64,000 nucleotides of DNA from Myxococcales bacterium (GCA_047601445.1 JASGJH010000001.1:640001-704000), one strand, 5' to 3'. Counted from the stretch's first letter, positions 21,277 through 34,007 are shown. The notes: a model not told the origin generated them from the sequence alone. Translations and numbers: made by a program.

Positions 21277-22080
21277 ATGTCGAGTTTGAAGATCGCCATG
21301 CATGGTGCGGCAGGTCGCATGGGGCGCGCCGTGGTTCGTTTGATCTCCGAAGCCGAGGATCTCACGCTGAGCGCGGCCATCGACTCCGCGCAGAGCAAGT
21401 ACCTCGGGCGCGACGCTGGCGAGCTGGCCGGTGTCACTTCGCTCGGGGTGCCTGTGAGCGCCGGGCTCGACGCCATCGCCGTGGCCGACGTGGTGATCGA
21501 CTTCAGCTTGCCGGTGGCCCTGGACGCCTTGCTCGACGCCGCGGAACGTCACGCGAAGCCGCTCGTGGTCGCCACCACTGGCTTGAGTCCGCAGCAGCGC
21601 GCACGCATCGACGAGCTGGCCAAGCGAGTGCCCCTGGTCGCGGCGCCAAACTACAGCACGGGCGTGGCCGTGCTCTATCACCTGGCCGAACGCGCGAGCG
21701 CCCTGCTCAAGGAGTTCGACCTCGAGATCGTCGAGATGCATCACCGCAACAAGATCGATGCGCCTAGCGGCACGGCGCTCGGGCTGGCGGAAGCGGCGGC
21801 ACGCGGTCGCAAGCTCGACGCGCGAGAGCACGCCGTCTATGGACGCGAGGGGCATCCCGGCGCGCGCACAGACCAGGAGATCGGGATCATGACCCTGCGC
21901 GGTGGGGACGTCATCGGCGATCACACGTTGATGCTGGCCGGCCCGGGCGAGCGCCTGGAGCTCTCGCACAAGGCCAGCGACCGTGCGCTATTCGCTCGCG
22001 GTGCCCTGCGCGCAGCGCGCTTCGTGGCGGCCCAGAACCGCCCCGGGCGCTACGGGATGAACGACGTCCTCGGGCTCTGA
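21277..22080 (+). CDS. dapB: 4-hydroxy-tetrahydrodipicolinate reductase
   Basis: GAAGRMG, IDFS, ATTG, EMHHRNKIDAPSGTA; GAGGGAG RBS. Confidence 0.96.
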   Translation: MSSLKIAMHGAAGRMGRAVVRLISEAEDLTLSAAIDSAQSKYLGRDAGELAGVTSLGVPVSAGLDAIAVADVVIDFSLPVALDALLDAAERHAKPLVVATTGLSPQQRARIDELAKRVPLVAAPNYSTGVAVLYHLAERASALLKEFDLEIVEMHHRNKIDAPSGTALGLAEAAARGRKLDAREHAVYGREGHPGARTDQEIGIMTLRGGDVIGDHTLMLAGPGERLELSHKASDRALFARGALRAARFVAAQNRPGRYGMNDVLGL

Positions 22081-23434
22081 CTAAGGGGAGGCCTGCGGAT
22101 CCAGGAGCTGGAGCTTGGCCACGAGGTCGTCCGGCTTCCCAGGGCAACCCGCACGCACCACCGACCGGTCATCGACGGGCGCGCAGACCGCACTCAGGGC
22201 GACGGCACCGGTGAGCAGCAAGGAATAGGGGCGGCCGCCCACGAAGCTCTTGCCTGCCACGTTGAGGTCGGCCAGGGGCGTCAGGCTGGTGGTCGCGCAG
22301 TCCTGGGCGGTGCCGCTGTTGAGCATGTTCGGCTGCTCGAACTTGGTGCTGGCGAACACGCGGATGCGGTAGTTCGATCCGCTTTGCAAGGGCTTGAAAA
22401 GAGGAGCCAGGGTCTGGGTGTCGCGGAATGCGATGCCATCGGCGCGCAGCGGAGGCTGGACGGGATTCACGAGGCTGCCTGCAGTGACGCAGACGCGGAC
22501 GCCACCTGGGCCGACCATGCTCATGGAGCCGCTGACATCCGGCGAGAGCTGCGACACGGAGATGCGGAAGGCATCGCTAGGAATGCTCTCCGTCACCGGC
22601 GGCTCGATGCGAAGCTGGGGGCCGATGGCGCTCTCGATGCCGGCCACCACTTCGCGGGCTTTCTGCTCGGCGCCGCTGGTGTCCCCGGGGTGCGCGCCGA
22701 GATAGGCGGTGCGCTCCTCGTCGAAGCGCGTGGCCAGGCGTTTTTCATCAAGGGCCAGTCCACTGGCGATCAACATCAGCGGCCCAGGCCCGATCAGGGT
22801 GGTCTTCTCCGGGTCCACGCCCGCATCGGCGCTGAGTCCGCCATCGACGGCCGGGCTCGTGGGGCTGGGATTTACGCCCAGGCGGAGCGCTGCGAGCCGC
22901 GTGTGACGCGCGCAGTCGGCGGCGGTGAGTCCTGCGTCGAGGCTCGTGCCACCGTCGGCGTGCCCAGCATCGCCAACCGGGACGCCGCCGTCGGGGGATT
23001 GGCTGGGGCGTGCGTGGAGGGTGAGCGTGCCGCTGGTCAGGACGGGAAGGGCGACCAACGAGCCCACGCCGAAGTCTCCTTCCAGGGCCAGCAGCTCGGG
23101 CGCCATGGGCCCGGGCGTCTCTTCGTTCTGCGCGGTCAGTGGGTCGTCCAGGACCAGATTCGGGGTCGTGGCAGACGTAGACGGTCCCGACGTTCACCAT
23201 CGAGTGCACGAAACGCACGAGGATTTCGGGGCCGCCCAGATCGTCCGGGTTCCCCGAGTCGGCGTTGCCAGCGATCCCCCCGTCGCGCTCGATTGAGCCT
23301 GCTGCATCCCCAAAATCCTCGTTGTACGGCGGAGATGATGCGCTCGTGGGGACGGCAGTATCGGCGCAGGCTGCGCCGAAACAGAGCGCCGTCACGAGCA
23401 TCAGCCTGTGCGCATGTGGGGAGAGAGATGACAT
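22081..23434 (-). pseudogene. Lipoprotein (DUF4397-like start), split by an apparent 1-bp insertion near 23160; may be a sequence error
   Basis: Signal peptide ..FGAAC; VRFVHSM..VYVCHDP; removing one T at 23159-60 joins it to the 22081..23106 frame (DPDLVLDDPL..GPMAPELL). Confidence 0.65.
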
Positions 23435-23569
23435 TGGCTCGCACTACCGCGGGGAGACGGTTCATTGTGCCACCCGCTTTGCGGGGCGTCCAAGGCGTGT
23501 GTGAAGGCCGGCCAAGCCCCCGAGAGTGCATGTAGAAGTGCCCTAAACTTTGCTAACGTTGGCTTCGGC

Positions 23570-25531
23570 ATGACCGTCGCTAACCGATGCTCGAGCTGCG
23601 GCTCTCCTTTTGGCGCGTCCGATTGCTTCTGCGGAGTTTGTGGGGCGGACCTCAGCGCTGCGCGCGGCGCGGTGCAGCAAAAGCCCGCCGCCGCGGCCGA
23701 ACCGCCGCGCAAGGCGCCGGCCAAGACGATGCTCGGGATGATGTCGCCCTTCGCGGCCCAACCTTCCGATTCACCGGAGCCCGCGCGTCCCGAACCGGCC
23801 GCGGCCAGCGCCGTCGTCGCGCCGGCTCAGACCGCCGCGCCGGCACCTGCCGCCGCGTCCTCGCACAAGCGAACCATGCTCGGTATGTCGCCCATCGCGC
23901 TCGGCTTGCCTGGCGCCACCGGCCCCGCCACGGAGCCGACCGGCGAGGCTGCCAAGCCCGCACAGGCGCCCGGCCGCTTGCTGACGTCGACCGACGACGC
24001 GCCTCGGACTGCCGCGCCCAAGCCGCAGGCTGCCGGCGGAATCGGCAACCGAACCATGCTGGGCGTGGTGCCTCCCGTGATGGTCCAGCCCGCGCCCGAA
24101 CCGAATCCTGCGCCAGCGCCCGCGCGAGCCGAGATCTCGCCCCAAAGCAAGCGCACGATGTTGGGCGCGGTAGCGCCGCTGGCCGGGCTCGTTGCTCCGG
24201 CCGCTCCCGAACCCAGCGCCCACGAGCATGAGCCCCATGCTGCCGAACCTTCCGCGCGTGCAGCAGGGGCCGGTGCGCCACGCCAGCGTTCGTTCACACC
24301 CGTGTCCCAGTCGGTGCCGACCTTCGACGAGGAGACGCCCGTGATCGCGCCCCGTGGCGGCGGTCGTGGCGCGCTCTACGCGGTTCTGGGCCTGTTGGTT
24401 GCGGCCATTCTGGCGGGTGTCGCCCTGTACCTGCGCTCGCGGGGACCCAAGCTGTCGGCGCACGTGGCGCACGTGGCCGCTGGCGACGAACTGGTGGTGG
24501 AGGTACCCGGGTCGGCTCCGGGAGCCAAGGTGCGTTTCGCGGGCGCGGAGCGGCCGCTGGTGGCGGGCCGGGCGAATTTCCCGCTGTCCGCCGACGCGCT
24601 CAAACTCGGTGAGAACGCCCTCGCCATCGATCTCGTGGAACCCGACGGCAGCGTGGACTCGTCGGAGATCAAGTTGGCCGTCGACTACCGCGTGCGCACC
24701 GACTTGGCTGCGCTGCGCGCCGACCCGCCGGCCGTCGAAATCGTGGTCGATGCCCTACCGGGCTCGCGCCTCACGATCGACGGGCAACCCGTGCCGCTCG
24801 ACGCGCGCGGACACGCCGTGAAGAGCTACCCCGTGCCGGCCCAAGCGGGGGCCCGTTTCGATATTCAGCCGCGCTATCGCCTCGAACTGCCGAGCGGTTC
24901 GCCGGTCGAGGGCACGGCGGGGGTGAGCTTGCCGGTGACGAGCATGCAGATTGACAAGCCAGGCGCGGAGGTCACCACCGACCAAGCCTTGATCGAGCTC
25001 GCCGGGGCCGTGGAGGCCGACGCCGAGGTGCTCGTCGAGGGGCGCCCCATCGAGGTGCGCGACGGGCGCTTCCTGCATCGGGCGGAGCTCCCGCAACCTG
25101 GCGACTACGTTCTGCACGTGGTCGCGCGGGCACCGGGCAAGGCTCCGCGCGTCCAGGAGCTTCGCCTGCGCCGCGTCACCGACCTGACGCTGGCGGCGGC
25201 CAGTTTCAAGGCGGATCCCAGCATCACCTACGCCAAGCTGATGCAAAACCCGCTCACCTATCGCGGCCAGAACGTGGCCTTCGACGGGCGTGTCTACAAC
25301 GTGGAAGTGAACGCCGGTCGCAGCCTGATCCAGATTCTTGTGCTCAACTGTCCGAGCTCCACGCGCTGCCCGCTCTGGGTCGACTACCCGCAGGCGACCG
25401 AGGCCACGGTGGATTCCTGGGTGCGCGTGCTGGGCACCGTCACGGGCGAACAGCAGTTCAAGTCGAAGCAGGGCGTGGTGCAGAGCGTCCCGAGCGTCCA
25501 GGCGCAGTACGTGCTCAAGCTCGCGCGCTGA
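23570..25531 (+). CDS. Zinc-ribbon membrane protein with TMLG repeats and extracytoplasmic beta domains
   Basis: CSSC..FCGVCG; four TMLG motifs in a Pro/Ala linker; single TM; C-terminal Ig-like and OB-like regions by pattern. Confidence 0.8.
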   Translation: MTVANRCSSCGSPFGASDCFCGVCGADLSAARGAVQQKPAAAAEPPRKAPAKTMLGMMSPFAAQPSDSPEPARPEPAAASAVVAPAQTAAPAPAAASSHKRTMLGMSPIALGLPGATGPATEPTGEAAKPAQAPGRLLTSTDDAPRTAAPKPQAAGGIGNRTMLGVVPPVMVQPAPEPNPAPAPARAEISPQSKRTMLGAVAPLAGLVAPAAPEPSAHEHEPHAAEPSARAAGAGAPRQRSFTPVSQSVPTFDEETPVIAPRGGGRGALYAVLGLLVAAILAGVALYLRSRGPKLSAHVAHVAAGDELVVEVPGSAPGAKVRFAGAERPLVAGRANFPLSADALKLGENALAIDLVEPDGSVDSSEIKLAVDYRVRTDLAALRADPPAVEIVVDALPGSRLTIDGQPVPLDARGHAVKSYPVPAQAGARFDIQPRYRLELPSGSPVEGTAGVSLPVTSMQIDKPGAEVTTDQALIELAGAVEADAEVLVEGRPIEVRDGRFLHRAELPQPGDYVLHVVARAPGKAPRVQELRLRRVTDLTLAAASFKADPSITYAKLMQNPLTYRGQNVAFDGRVYNVEVNAGRSLIQILVLNCPSSTRCPLWVDYPQATEATVDSWVRVLGTVTGEQQFKSKQGVVQSVPSVQAQYVLKLAR

Positions 25532-25613
25532 CTGGTAGCCGGGGAAGCGAGCGCAGCGAAACCCGAGCGGCCAGCTTGCCCGCACGGGGTAGGGCTGCTC
25601 TCCTAGCGCCCCC

Positions 25614-26675
25614 ATGCGTGCCGACGAGCTCGACTACGACCTGCCCCCTGCGCTGATTGCGCAGACGCCGCTCGCCGATCGCGAGGCGTCGCGTCTCCTG
25701 GTGGTGGATCGCAGTTCGGGCCGACGTGCCCATGGCTCGATGCGCGACTTGCCCACGCTGGTACGGCCATCGCTGTTCGTGTTCAACGACACGCGTGTGA
25801 TTCCGGCGCGCCTGCTCGGTACCAAGCCGAGTGGTGGCAAGTTCGAGCTGCTGTTGATCGAGCGGCTGGCTGGCGCCGCGGCCGACGCCCGCGGACGTGA
25901 GCTCTGGTGCGCCATGGGCAGGCCTTTGAAGAGTCTGCGCCCCGGTCAGGCATTGCAGGTCGGCACCCTGGCCATCGAGGTCGGCGAGCGCGTGAGCGAT
26001 ACCCTCCTGCAGGTCTGGCTCTCGGCGCCCGAGGGCGTGGACCAGGCGCTGGAGCAAGTTGGGCGGCTACCCCTTCCTCCCTACATCGCCCGTGCCGGCG
26101 CCGACGAAGGCACCACGGCTCTGGACCGCGAGCGCTATCAGACCACCTTCGCGCGTACGCCCGGCGCGGTGGCCGCGCCCACCGCAGGGCTCCATTTCGG
26201 TCCAGCGTTGCTCGACGAGCTGAAGGCGCGCGGACATCGGATCGCGTTCGTGACCTTGCACGTAGGCCCAGGCACGTTCGCGCCCCTGAGCGTGGACACG
26301 CTGGCCGAGCACCCGATGCACGAAGAGCACTTCGAGCTCCCTTCGACGACTGCCGACGCCATCGCGCTGGCCAAGGCCGAAGGGCGTCCCGTGATCGCGG
26401 TCGGCACCACGGTGGTGCGCACGTTGGAGTCGGCGGCCTCGCCGGACGGCAGCTTGCGGGCCGGGCCTGGGGCCACGCGCCTGTGCATTTATCCGCCTTA
26501 CACCTTCCGCGTGATCGACGGCCTCGTCACCAACTTCCACTTGCCGCGATCCACACTGCTCGCCCTCGTGATGGCCTTGGCGGGCGCGGACGTGGTGCGC
26601 GCTGCCTACCGCGAGGCTATCGAGGCCCGCTACCGCTTCTTCAGCTATGGCGACGCCATGCTGATCCGCCCCTAA
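25614..26675 (+). CDS. queA: S-adenosylmethionine:tRNA ribosyltransferase-isomerase
   Basis: DYDLP..LIAQ, NDTRVIPARL, PLPPYI, AAPTAGLHF, TNFHLP, YRFFSYGDAM. Confidence 0.97.
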   Translation: MRADELDYDLPPALIAQTPLADREASRLLVVDRSSGRRAHGSMRDLPTLVRPSLFVFNDTRVIPARLLGTKPSGGKFELLLIERLAGAAADARGRELWCAMGRPLKSLRPGQALQVGTLAIEVGERVSDTLLQVWLSAPEGVDQALEQVGRLPLPPYIARAGADEGTTALDRERYQTTFARTPGAVAAPTAGLHFGPALLDELKARGHRIAFVTLHVGPGTFAPLSVDTLAEHPMHEEHFELPSTTADAIALAKAEGRPVIAVGTTVVRTLESAASPDGSLRAGPGATRLCIYPPYTFRVIDGLVTNFHLPRSTLLALVMALAGADVVRAAYREAIEARYRFFSYGDAMLIRP

Positions 26676-26697
26676 AAGTGCCCTCGAGAGTACGCCG

Positions 26698-27852
26698 ATG
26701 ACCGCCCTGGCCCCATTGTTGTCCGAAGGATTTGCGTTCGCCGAAGTCGCGCGCGATGGCGATGCCCGCTGCTGCTTCTTGCGCACCCCACGCGCTCTGA
26801 TCGAGACCCCGGTCTTCATGCCCGTGGGCACGCAGGCGAGCGTGAAGTCGCAGACCCCCGCCGAGGTCGCCGCCACCGGTGCCCGCATCATCCTCGCCAA
26901 CACCTATCACCTCTGGCTGCGTCCCGGTGCCGAGCGCGTGGCGCGACTCGGCGGTGTGCAGCGCTTCATGCGTTGGCCCCACGCGATGCTCACGGACAGC
27001 GGCGGCTATCAGGTCTTCTCACTCTCGGAGCTGCGCAAGATCGACGATGACGGCGTGGCTTTCCGCAGCCACCTCGACGGCTCGAAGAAGATGCTCACGC
27101 CCGAGGAATCCATGCGGGTGCAGGGCTTGCTCGGTGCCGACATTGCGATGGTCCTCGACGAATGTCCTCCGGGAGGGGCCGAGCGTTCCGTGATCGAGAA
27201 CGCCATGCGACGCACGAGCCTCTGGGCGCGCCGTTCGCTCGCGGTGCCTGCACCCGCCGGTCAGGCGCGTTTCGGCATCGTGCAGGGCGGTACGCAACTC
27301 GACCTCCGCTTGAGCCATCTCGACGACATCGCGAGCTTGCCCGTGGATGGAGTCGCCCTCGGTGGTTTCTCGGTGGGAGAGCCCGTCGAGGAGATGGTGC
27401 GTGTGCTCGCCGAACTCGCGCCGAAGATGCCGCGTGACCGCCCGCGCTACCTGATGGGCGTGGGTACGCCCTTCGATTTGCTCGCGGCGATCGGCAGCGG
27501 TGTCGACATGTTCGACTGCGTGCTGCCCACGCGCAATGGCCGCAATGGACAGGCTTTGACCTGGCATGGACGGGTCAACATCAAGCAAGCGCGTCATGCC
27601 GAAGACGAGAGCCCGCTCGATTCCGAGTGCGGCTGCCCCGTGTGCGCCACGTATTCGCGCGCGTACCTGCGTCACTTGTTCCAGGCCGAGGAAATGCTCG
27701 CACCGCGCCTCTTGAGCGAGCACAACCTGTGGTTCTACGGCGAGCTCACGCGGCGAGCGCGCGGCGCCATCCAGGCCGGCAGCTACCAGACCTTCGCGCG
27801 CGAGGCCGCAGCACGCATGCGAGAGGGCGACGAGATCGGGCGCAACGTCTAG
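26698..27852 (+). CDS. tgt: tRNA-guanine transglycosylase
   Basis: TPVFMPVGT, LTDSGGYQ, GIVQGG, DMFDCVLPTR, CGCPVC. Confidence 0.97.
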   Translation: MTALAPLLSEGFAFAEVARDGDARCCFLRTPRALIETPVFMPVGTQASVKSQTPAEVAATGARIILANTYHLWLRPGAERVARLGGVQRFMRWPHAMLTDSGGYQVFSLSELRKIDDDGVAFRSHLDGSKKMLTPEESMRVQGLLGADIAMVLDECPPGGAERSVIENAMRRTSLWARRSLAVPAPAGQARFGIVQGGTQLDLRLSHLDDIASLPVDGVALGGFSVGEPVEEMVRVLAELAPKMPRDRPRYLMGVGTPFDLLAAIGSGVDMFDCVLPTRNGRNGQALTWHGRVNIKQARHAEDESPLDSECGCPVCATYSRAYLRHLFQAEEMLAPRLLSEHNLWFYGELTRRARGAIQAGSYQTFAREAAARMREGDEIGRNV

Positions 27853-27855
27853 CGA

Positions 27856-28416
27856 TCAGGTCGTACCAACCGCTCTCCAGCGCACGGGATCCGACCCGCG
27901 CTGAGCCCCCGGATCGGCCGCGTCTACGCCGATGCGCACGCGATCCTGGATCTTGAGCGCGCCGCCCAGCGCGCGGAACGGCTTGATGCCGAACAGCGAA
28001 GGACTGAGCTCGAGCTCGCCCGCGAGGCGTCCAGCCGTCGCGCGCAGCACCAGCTGACAAGGTTTCGCCACACCGCACAGCTCGAGTGTGCCGTCGAGCC
28101 GCACCTCCGCGCCGTGCCGGCTGGCGCGCCCGCTCCAGCGCACCTGCGGATAGCGGGCCGTCTTCAGGATGTCGTCGCGCATGCTGGCCTGGATCTTGGC
28201 CTTGTCGCCCGCACTCAGGCTGCCCGGCACCACGGCCCCGTCGCGCACTGCACCCATCACCTCCAGCGAGCTGGCCTCGAACACCCCCCGCACCTCATCG
28301 CCTTCGAGCGCGATTTCGAAGCGCAGCAGGTTCAACGAAAGGTCGTGGGCCAACTTGCTCAACAAGCCGTCCTTGAATGTGTAAACGCGAATTACGGCGT
28401 CCAATACTGCTTCCAT
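27856..28416 (-). CDS. YceI family protein
   Basis: FKDGLLSKLAHDL, ILKTARYP, GTLELCG, FGIKPF..GALKIQD. Confidence 0.8.
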   Translation of the reverse strand: MEAVLDAVIRVYTFKDGLLSKLAHDLSLNLLRFEIALEGDEVRGVFEASSLEVMGAVRDGAVVPGSLSAGDKAKIQASMRDDILKTARYPQVRWSGRASRHGAEVRLDGTLELCGVAKPCQLVLRATAGRLAGELELSPSLFGIKPFRALGGALKIQDRVRIGVDAADPGAQRGSDPVRWRAVGTT

Positions 28417-28759
28417 GGCTCCAGGGCGGGTCGTGAGAGTGTTTCCGGGCGAAGTCGCGAGTTTCTAGCGTAGCAAGGACCCTCCCGTGCGTAGGCTCGC
28501 GCCGACCGCCGCGAGGGGGCATGTGAGCTGTTGCTTTCGGGTCCCGAGCGGGGTATTTCCGCGCCCGCAGGGGGACGTACGTTCTTGACGACGCTGTCGA
28601 ACGCTTGTGCCGTCCCTGTTCTCATTGGCGTTAGCTCGCGGAAAAAAATCGCGTGCTTTCGCTGTAAGTCCGGCCCGCACGCTGAGGTGCGGCCTGCCCC
28701 CAACGCTGGCTCGCACGCGCAAAGACCGTGCTTCGACTCGTGAAAAGGACACCCCGCCC

Positions 28760-30313
<1,554 letters not shown>

Positions 30314-30341
30314 TCACGCGGCGCAGACGCCGGGAGGCTCT

Positions 30342-31607
30342 ATGAGAGTGTTGGTGGTAGGTGGCGGGGCTCGCGAGCACGCCCTGGCCTGGAAACTCAA
30401 GCGATCGCCGGTTGTGAAGGCCCTGTTTTGCCTGCCTGGCAACGCTGGCACGCAAGGCATCGCGACCAATTTGCCCGGCTCGGCCGGCGACACCGCCGGC
30501 ATCGTGCGAGCGGCTCAGGAGCATGGCATCGACTTCGTGGTGGTGGGACCTGAAGACCCCTTGGTTTCGGGCCTCGTCGATCAATTGGGCGCGGTCGGTA
30601 TCCTGGCCTTCGGTCCGGACGCTTCGGGTGCGCGCCTCGAAGGCTCCAAGGCTTTCTCCAAGGAGCTGATGCAGGAGGCGGGGGTGCCCACCGCGGCGTT
30701 CCGCATCTTCGACGACGCGGATGAGGCGGAGCGCTACGTCCGCGAGCAGAAGCGTCCGTTGGTGGTGAAGGCCGACGGGCTGGCAGCCGGCAAGGGTGTG
30801 GTGGTCGCGAAGGACACGGACGAAGCCGTGGACGCGATCCGCAGCATCATGCGGGATCGCGCGTTCGGTGGGGCGGGCAGCCGCGTGGTCATCGAGGAGA
30901 CCCTGCGCGGGCAGGAAGTCAGCTACCACGTGGTCTGCGACGGCGAGCGCTACGTCGCGCTAGCGCCGGCCCAAGACCACAAGCGCGTGGGCGACGGCGA
31001 CCAGGGGCCCAACACGGGCGGGATGGGGGCCTACTCGCCGCCGCCCGTGGTCACCGCCGAGGTCGAGCAAAAGATCCTGAGTCGGGTCGTGGAGCCCACG
31101 CTCGCCACCATGAAGAAGCGAGGCACGCCCTTCCGAGGCACCTTATTCGTGGGGCTGATGATCGATCAGGGAGAGCCCTTCGTGCTCGAGTACAACACGC
31201 GCTTCGGCGATCCCGAGACCGAGGTGCTGATGGCGCGCTGGGACGGCGATCTCATGCCGCTGCTCTTGGGTGCGGCCAAGGGCGACCTGAGCGGCGTAAG
31301 CGCGCGCTGGGCAGCACCGAGTGCGCTGTGCATTGTGATGGCCTCCGAGGGGTACCCGGGCAGCTATCCCAAAGGTCGGCCTATCAGTGGGCTCGAGACG
31401 GCAGGCGCCGAGGCGGTGGTATTCCACGCGGGCACGACGCTGGAACAGGGCCGCGTGGTCACCGCCGGCGGCCGGGTGCTCGCCGTCACGGCGATCGGGC
31501 AGACCCTCGACGAAGCCGCAGCGCGCGCGTACGCAGTGGCGCAGCAGGTGCATTTCGAGGGCGCCCACTACCGCCGCGACATCGGGCACCACGCGCGTAC
31601 CCGCTGA
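30342..31607 (+). CDS. purD: Phosphoribosylamine-glycine ligase
   Basis: GGGAREHA, KADGLAAGKGV, QDHKR, GPNTGGMG, RFGDPE. Confidence 0.97.
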   Translation: MRVLVVGGGAREHALAWKLKRSPVVKALFCLPGNAGTQGIATNLPGSAGDTAGIVRAAQEHGIDFVVVGPEDPLVSGLVDQLGAVGILAFGPDASGARLEGSKAFSKELMQEAGVPTAAFRIFDDADEAERYVREQKRPLVVKADGLAAGKGVVVAKDTDEAVDAIRSIMRDRAFGGAGSRVVIEETLRGQEVSYHVVCDGERYVALAPAQDHKRVGDGDQGPNTGGMGAYSPPPVVTAEVEQKILSRVVEPTLATMKKRGTPFRGTLFVGLMIDQGEPFVLEYNTRFGDPETEVLMARWDGDLMPLLLGAAKGDLSGVSARWAAPSALCIVMASEGYPGSYPKGRPISGLETAGAEAVVFHAGTTLEQGRVVTAGGRVLAVTAIGQTLDEAAARAYAVAQQVHFEGAHYRRDIGHHARTR

Positions 31608-31636
31608 ACCAGGCCGAGCGAAGAGTAGGGGGACGC

Positions 31637-32206
31637 ATGGACGAGCGCGATCTCGAGCTCTTCGTACCGCTGCTACGGGCAGGTGGCGTGGTGGCCTGTC
31701 CCACCGATACGCTGCAGGGGCTGCTGGCTGACGCTTGGTCGGAGGCGGCCGTCCAGGCGGTGGTGACGCTCAAGCGGCGCGGACCCGACCCCATCGCCCT
31801 GATCCTGCCCTCGCTCGAGGCGCTCTCGCAGATCACCGATGTCTGTCCAGAGCCCGCGCGGGAGCTGGCGCGCCGCCACTGGCCGGGCCCACTGACTCTG
31901 CTGGTGAAGGCTCGCCCTGGACTGCCAGCGGCGCTGATCCGTGACGGCAAAGTGGGGGTGCGGGTCCCAGGACCGAGTCCCGCCCTCGAGCTGGTGCGTC
32001 GGTTTGGCGGTGCACTGACCGCCACCAGCGCCAACCTGTCCGGGCAGCCCGCGGCGCGCACGGCGAACGAGGTGAAAGCCTACTTCCCGGAGGGCCTAGC
32101 CGGGCAGGTTTGGGGTGACGCACCGGGTGGTCTGCCGAGCACTGTGGTAGACGTGGGCGAGGGCGTACTCAGGGTGATACGAGTGGGAGCCATCGCGCTC
32201 CCCTAG
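31637..32206 (+). CDS. tsaC: L-threonylcarbamoyladenylate synthase (TsaC/Sua5/YrdC)
   Basis: PTDTLQGL, WPGPLT, VGVRVP, TSANLSG, PSTVVD. Confidence 0.9.
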   Translation: MDERDLELFVPLLRAGGVVACPTDTLQGLLADAWSEAAVQAVVTLKRRGPDPIALILPSLEALSQITDVCPEPARELARRHWPGPLTLLVKARPGLPAALIRDGKVGVRVPGPSPALELVRRFGGALTATSANLSGQPAARTANEVKAYFPEGLAGQVWGDAPGGLPSTVVDVGEGVLRVIRVGAIALP

Positions 32207-32290
32207 GTCCCCGAGTGTGCCGAAGAATTGACCCCGCAGTGCTCCGCAGGACAAGGACCTCCGGGACACGTATTCTAGCCTGGATACGGG

Positions 32291-33967
32291 ATGGAAGGTC
32301 TCCTCGAGCTCGATCGCATCGGCAAGCTCATCGCGGGCAAGTACCGCCTCGAGCTAGTGCTTGGGCGTGGCGGTATGGGCACGGTCTACCGTGCGACGCA
32401 CACCTGGACGGGGCGCGCCGTGGCGGTGAAGTACCTGCATCCAGACCACGCCCAGGACGCAGGGTCGGTGGGACGCTTCCTGCGCGAGGCCCGGGCGGCG
32501 GCCAGTGTGCGGCACCCGAACGCCGTCGACGTGCTCGATATGGGTCAGGACACCGACGGGTCGGCCTACCTGGTGCTGGAGTTCCTGGAGGGGTCCACGC
32601 TGGGGGAGCGCCTGTCGGCCGAGAAGAAGCTCGCGCCCGCGACCCTCGCGCGCTTGATCGCGCCCGTTCTCGAGGCACTCGAAGAGCTCCACCGTGCCGG
32701 CGTCGTGCATCGCGACTTCAAGCCCGCGAACATCTTCCTGGCGCGTAACTCACGCGGTCAGGTGGTACCGAAGCTGCTCGATTTTGGGGTGGCCAAGGTC
32801 CTCGACGAGAGCGCAGGTACGGCAACCACCACGGGTATCGTCGTGGGTACGCCGGCCTACATGGCGCCCGAGCAGGCTGCGGGCAACGGCGACGTCGGGC
32901 CTTGGACCGATCTCTGGGCCGTCGGGGCGGTCCTTTATCAGTGTCTGGTGGGGGAGCTGCCGTTCGTGGCGCCCACTCCGTCGCTGATGCTGGTGGCCGT
33001 GATGACGAAGGAAGCCCCGTCGCTCGCCAGCAAGCGGCCCGATCTCGACGCCGCTTTGTGCGCTGTGGTGGATCGCGCGCTCACCAAGGACCCTGCCGCG
33101 CGCTTCAAGAGCGCAGCCGAGATGGCCGAAGCCCTGTGCAAAGCCACCGGCGTCGAACTCACGGGCAACACGGGACCGCTGCCAGAGTCGGTTGGCTCGG
33201 TCGGCAGTGTGCCCCAGCCCCTCACTTCCCCTGCGACGCTCGCTCCACCAGGGGCCGAGACGATCCAGCTCTCGAGCGACTCCATGATGGTGCCCGCCGT
33301 GTCCGTGGACGCGCCCACCGTCGCGGCAACGCCCAAGGCAGGCCTGCCCGCTCCGTTGGCGCCCACGCTGGAGGCGGCGTCGGCCGATGCGGGCGAGAAG
33401 CGAGAAGACAAGCGGCACTGGACAGGCCCGAGCGCCACGGGGCGTTTGCACGCTCCGCGTCCGGGACGTGTCCGCCTGCTCGCGGCTGCCACCGCGGCCG
33501 TAGGGATTCTCGCTGGCGGAGTCTGGTGGCTCTCGGGCGATGCTCCCGCCACGCAGGTGGCGAGCGATCCGCGCGGCGCTGCTGCCGCCCAGGCGAGTGC
33601 CAAAGCTCCGGAGATGGCCGCCATCAAGGACGAAGCGCCGGCGGCTCCGCCCACCGCGGCCGCGGCAGCTCCAGGACCACAAACGCCGGCCCTCGCACCG
33701 CAACCCGACGCGAGCACTGCTTCGACCGAGCCCAAGGCCGGCGTCGTGGGCGAAGCCACACCGACGGATGCGACCACGCAGGTCGAGCCCCGCCAAGGTG
33801 CCGATCGTGGCGCGCGCCCGGCCAAGGGACGCAAGGGCCCGCGTGGAGCGGGTGGCAGCGAAGGTCCGGCTGGGAGTGTCCCCGCGGCCTCGAGCGCCGA
33901 GCCCGCGAAAGCGTCGGCGAAGGGCACCGAAGCGGGCAGCCCGCCGCGCGTCCTGCGGGAGTGGTAA
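32291..33967 (+). CDS. Membrane-anchored Ser/Thr protein kinase
   Basis: [52 protein letters not shown]; low-complexity tail. Confidence 0.93.
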   Translation: MEGLLELDRIGKLIAGKYRLELVLGRGGMGTVYRATHTWTGRAVAVKYLHPDHAQDAGSVGRFLREARAAASVRHPNAVDVLDMGQDTDGSAYLVLEFLEGSTLGERLSAEKKLAPATLARLIAPVLEALEELHRAGVVHRDFKPANIFLARNSRGQVVPKLLDFGVAKVLDESAGTATTTGIVVGTPAYMAPEQAAGNGDVGPWTDLWAVGAVLYQCLVGELPFVAPTPSLMLVAVMTKEAPSLASKRPDLDAALCAVVDRALTKDPAARFKSAAEMAEALCKATGVELTGNTGPLPESVGSVGSVPQPLTSPATLAPPGAETIQLSSDSMMVPAVSVDAPTVAATPKAGLPAPLAPTLEAASADAGEKREDKRHWTGPSATGRLHAPRPGRVRLLAAATAAVGILAGGVWWLSGDAPATQVASDPRGAAAAQASAKAPEMAAIKDEAPAAPPTAAAAAPGPQTPALAPQPDASTASTEPKAGVVGEATPTDATTQVEPRQGADRGARPAKGRKGPRGAGGSEGPAGSVPAASSAEPAKASAKGTEAGSPPRVLREW

Positions 33968-34007
33968 CAGCGGCTCGAGGCACACCGACTGCTATGGTCG
34001 AGAGCCT

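Noticed and set aside
25532..25613. preQ1 riboswitch upstream of queA-tgt
   Set aside because: No hairpin with the A-rich 3' tail typical of preQ1 classes
28417..28759. ZTP riboswitch upstream of purH
   Set aside because: GGGTCGTGA is present near 28427 but the rest of the consensus (CTGGCG core, 3' GCCTGGG pseudoknot) was not seen; a cmsearch would settle it
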